DNA of 64,000 nt from positions 135,348,001-135,412,000 of the forward strand of contig NW_024704742.1 in NCBI RefSeq assembly GCF_018977255.1. The letters run 5' to 3'. Made by a program: the position numbers and the translations under genes. A model generated the notes under the pieces. That model was not told the origin of the DNA and did not search any database. It was given only the letters and a program-made list of their open reading frames with translations. Every line of letters starts with the position of its first letter. Position 1 is the first letter of the stretch. This DNA comes from Callorhinchus milii. Taxonomy: Eukaryota. Shown piece after piece: positions 62,561 to 64,000 of the stretch.

Positions 62561-64000
62561 TTATACTGCAAGAGAACGTTTTAATTTGTCAGCCCGCTGT
62601 TGAACCAGCCGTTGCACTTACTGAACAGCGTTCGGAGGGCACGCACCATTTTTTGGGGGGGCTGTAACTCTGCCTTTTGTCACGGGAAGCGAAGCAAATT
62701 TACTGCGCTGGGCAACAATAGTGCCCCTTCATAAAGGAGCGGGGGGGGGGGGGGTGGGGTATTTGCCGTGACCTTCGGTGCTAATTTACGGTGAAGAATA
62801 AAATTCAGTCACTGACTTCGCGGCTGTCTTGCGGGACTGCGGCCGTGGGCAAAATTGTCTGCCGCGCTCGCCCACGAAAAAAAAAACGCCCATAAAATAC
62901 ACAGCGAATTCACTTTACACTGTATCCTGCGAAGCGCTTTGAGCCATCTCATCCACGCGAGAAAGTGCTGCGTCAAACGCAAGGACTGTTATTACTTACA
63001 GCAAACGACGACGACAGCAAATTGGGTTTAGATGGGGCGCCTTTCACGTCAGGAGGACGTCCTTTTCACAACAAACCCCGCGAAGCGCTTTGAGACGTCC
63101 TCCTGACGACAAAAGGCTCTGCTCCGTGAGCAAGGATTACTATTTACTGTTATCGTTAACGATTTGAAGGGGGGGGGGGGGGGGAAATGTAAAATTTGTG
63201 TACGTTTCTTTTGTTTAGAAGCTCTCTTTCCGCCCAGTTTTTTTTTTTTTTTTTCGCCATTAAAAACCGTCGTCGCCTTTGCATTAAGCAAATTCCATTC
63301 GGGAGCGGGTCAGGAAGCTCGGAGCCAGCGTTTTGTTTTGCAGAAAAGGCACGGTTGGAAAACAAAATAAGCTCAGGCGCTCTTATTCCCTTTCCCCCAC
63401 CCCCCGAATTCTCTGCCCTTTCCACCTACTTTTCCTCCTTCCCACTCCCCCGCGCTCCCCGCCCCTACTTTCCTGCATTTTTCGCTATGATTGCCACGTT
63501 CCTCGAACGATAGAGATGTCTGTGCGACTGTGGTAGATTTTCCGGCTGCTCCCTGGCACTGAGTGACGCCTTGTCTTTCGAGTAGAGCTGAATAAAGAAA
63601 GGGAGGGGGAGAGAGGAGGTGAAGGAGAGTGATGGGGAAGGGAAACAAATTTAGTTCTTGTTAAGTGACTGAACTTGTTTGCTGTCGAAACGTTGTGGGC
63701 TTTTTTTTCTTTTCTCTCCCCCTCTTTCTCTCTCTCTCGCCCTCGGCTCTCCCCCTTCCTCCCCTGCCGCCTCTAATCATTTTTTTTTGGCGCGGGGGTT
63801 TCGAGGGAGAGGAGGGGGAATTTGTTCAAAGGAGGGGGAAATTATTTGTACCCACTCGATACGGCTTAATTGCACTTTTGCTGAAGGGTGAATGAATAAC
63901 AACAAGAAGTTGCATTTAGCCAACAAATCCCCCAAATAAAATTGGTCCCTCGCTCCATGACTGTTGGTGGGACACTGCTGTACGCAGATTGGCTGTCCGC

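Overview
This is vertebrate genomic DNA, most likely from a cartilaginous fish (probably a chimaera; inferred from the L2/CR1/Deu-SINE repeat landscape). About 56 kb is repeat-dense sequence with no recognisable host gene, lying upstream of TCF4 (E2-2/ITF2, a class I bHLH E-protein). The first two TCF4 coding exons are on + at 56189-56260 and 58472-58544. The only long real ORF belongs to a young L2 LINE with intact endonuclease and reverse transcriptase (about 4513-7734). The rest is L2 and CR1 fragments, two abundant tRNA-derived SINE families sharing an L2-like 3' tail, one LF-SINE-like copy, microsatellites and candidate conserved non-coding elements. The most unusual region is 48.6-56 kb. 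It holds a 3.85-kb two-triplet (CAA/CCA) array grown from an L2 tail, a mirror-image (TTG/TGG) array beside a 25-N gap, and two promoter-plus-first-exon modules on the minus strand. These are either divergent transcripts or an inverted block containing TCF4's own promoters. I see no CRISPR array, prokaryotic system or convincing novel protein-coding system. Repeat boundaries are approximate (about +/-20 bp), only representative SINE copies are listed, and family names come from recalled consensus sequences, not searches.
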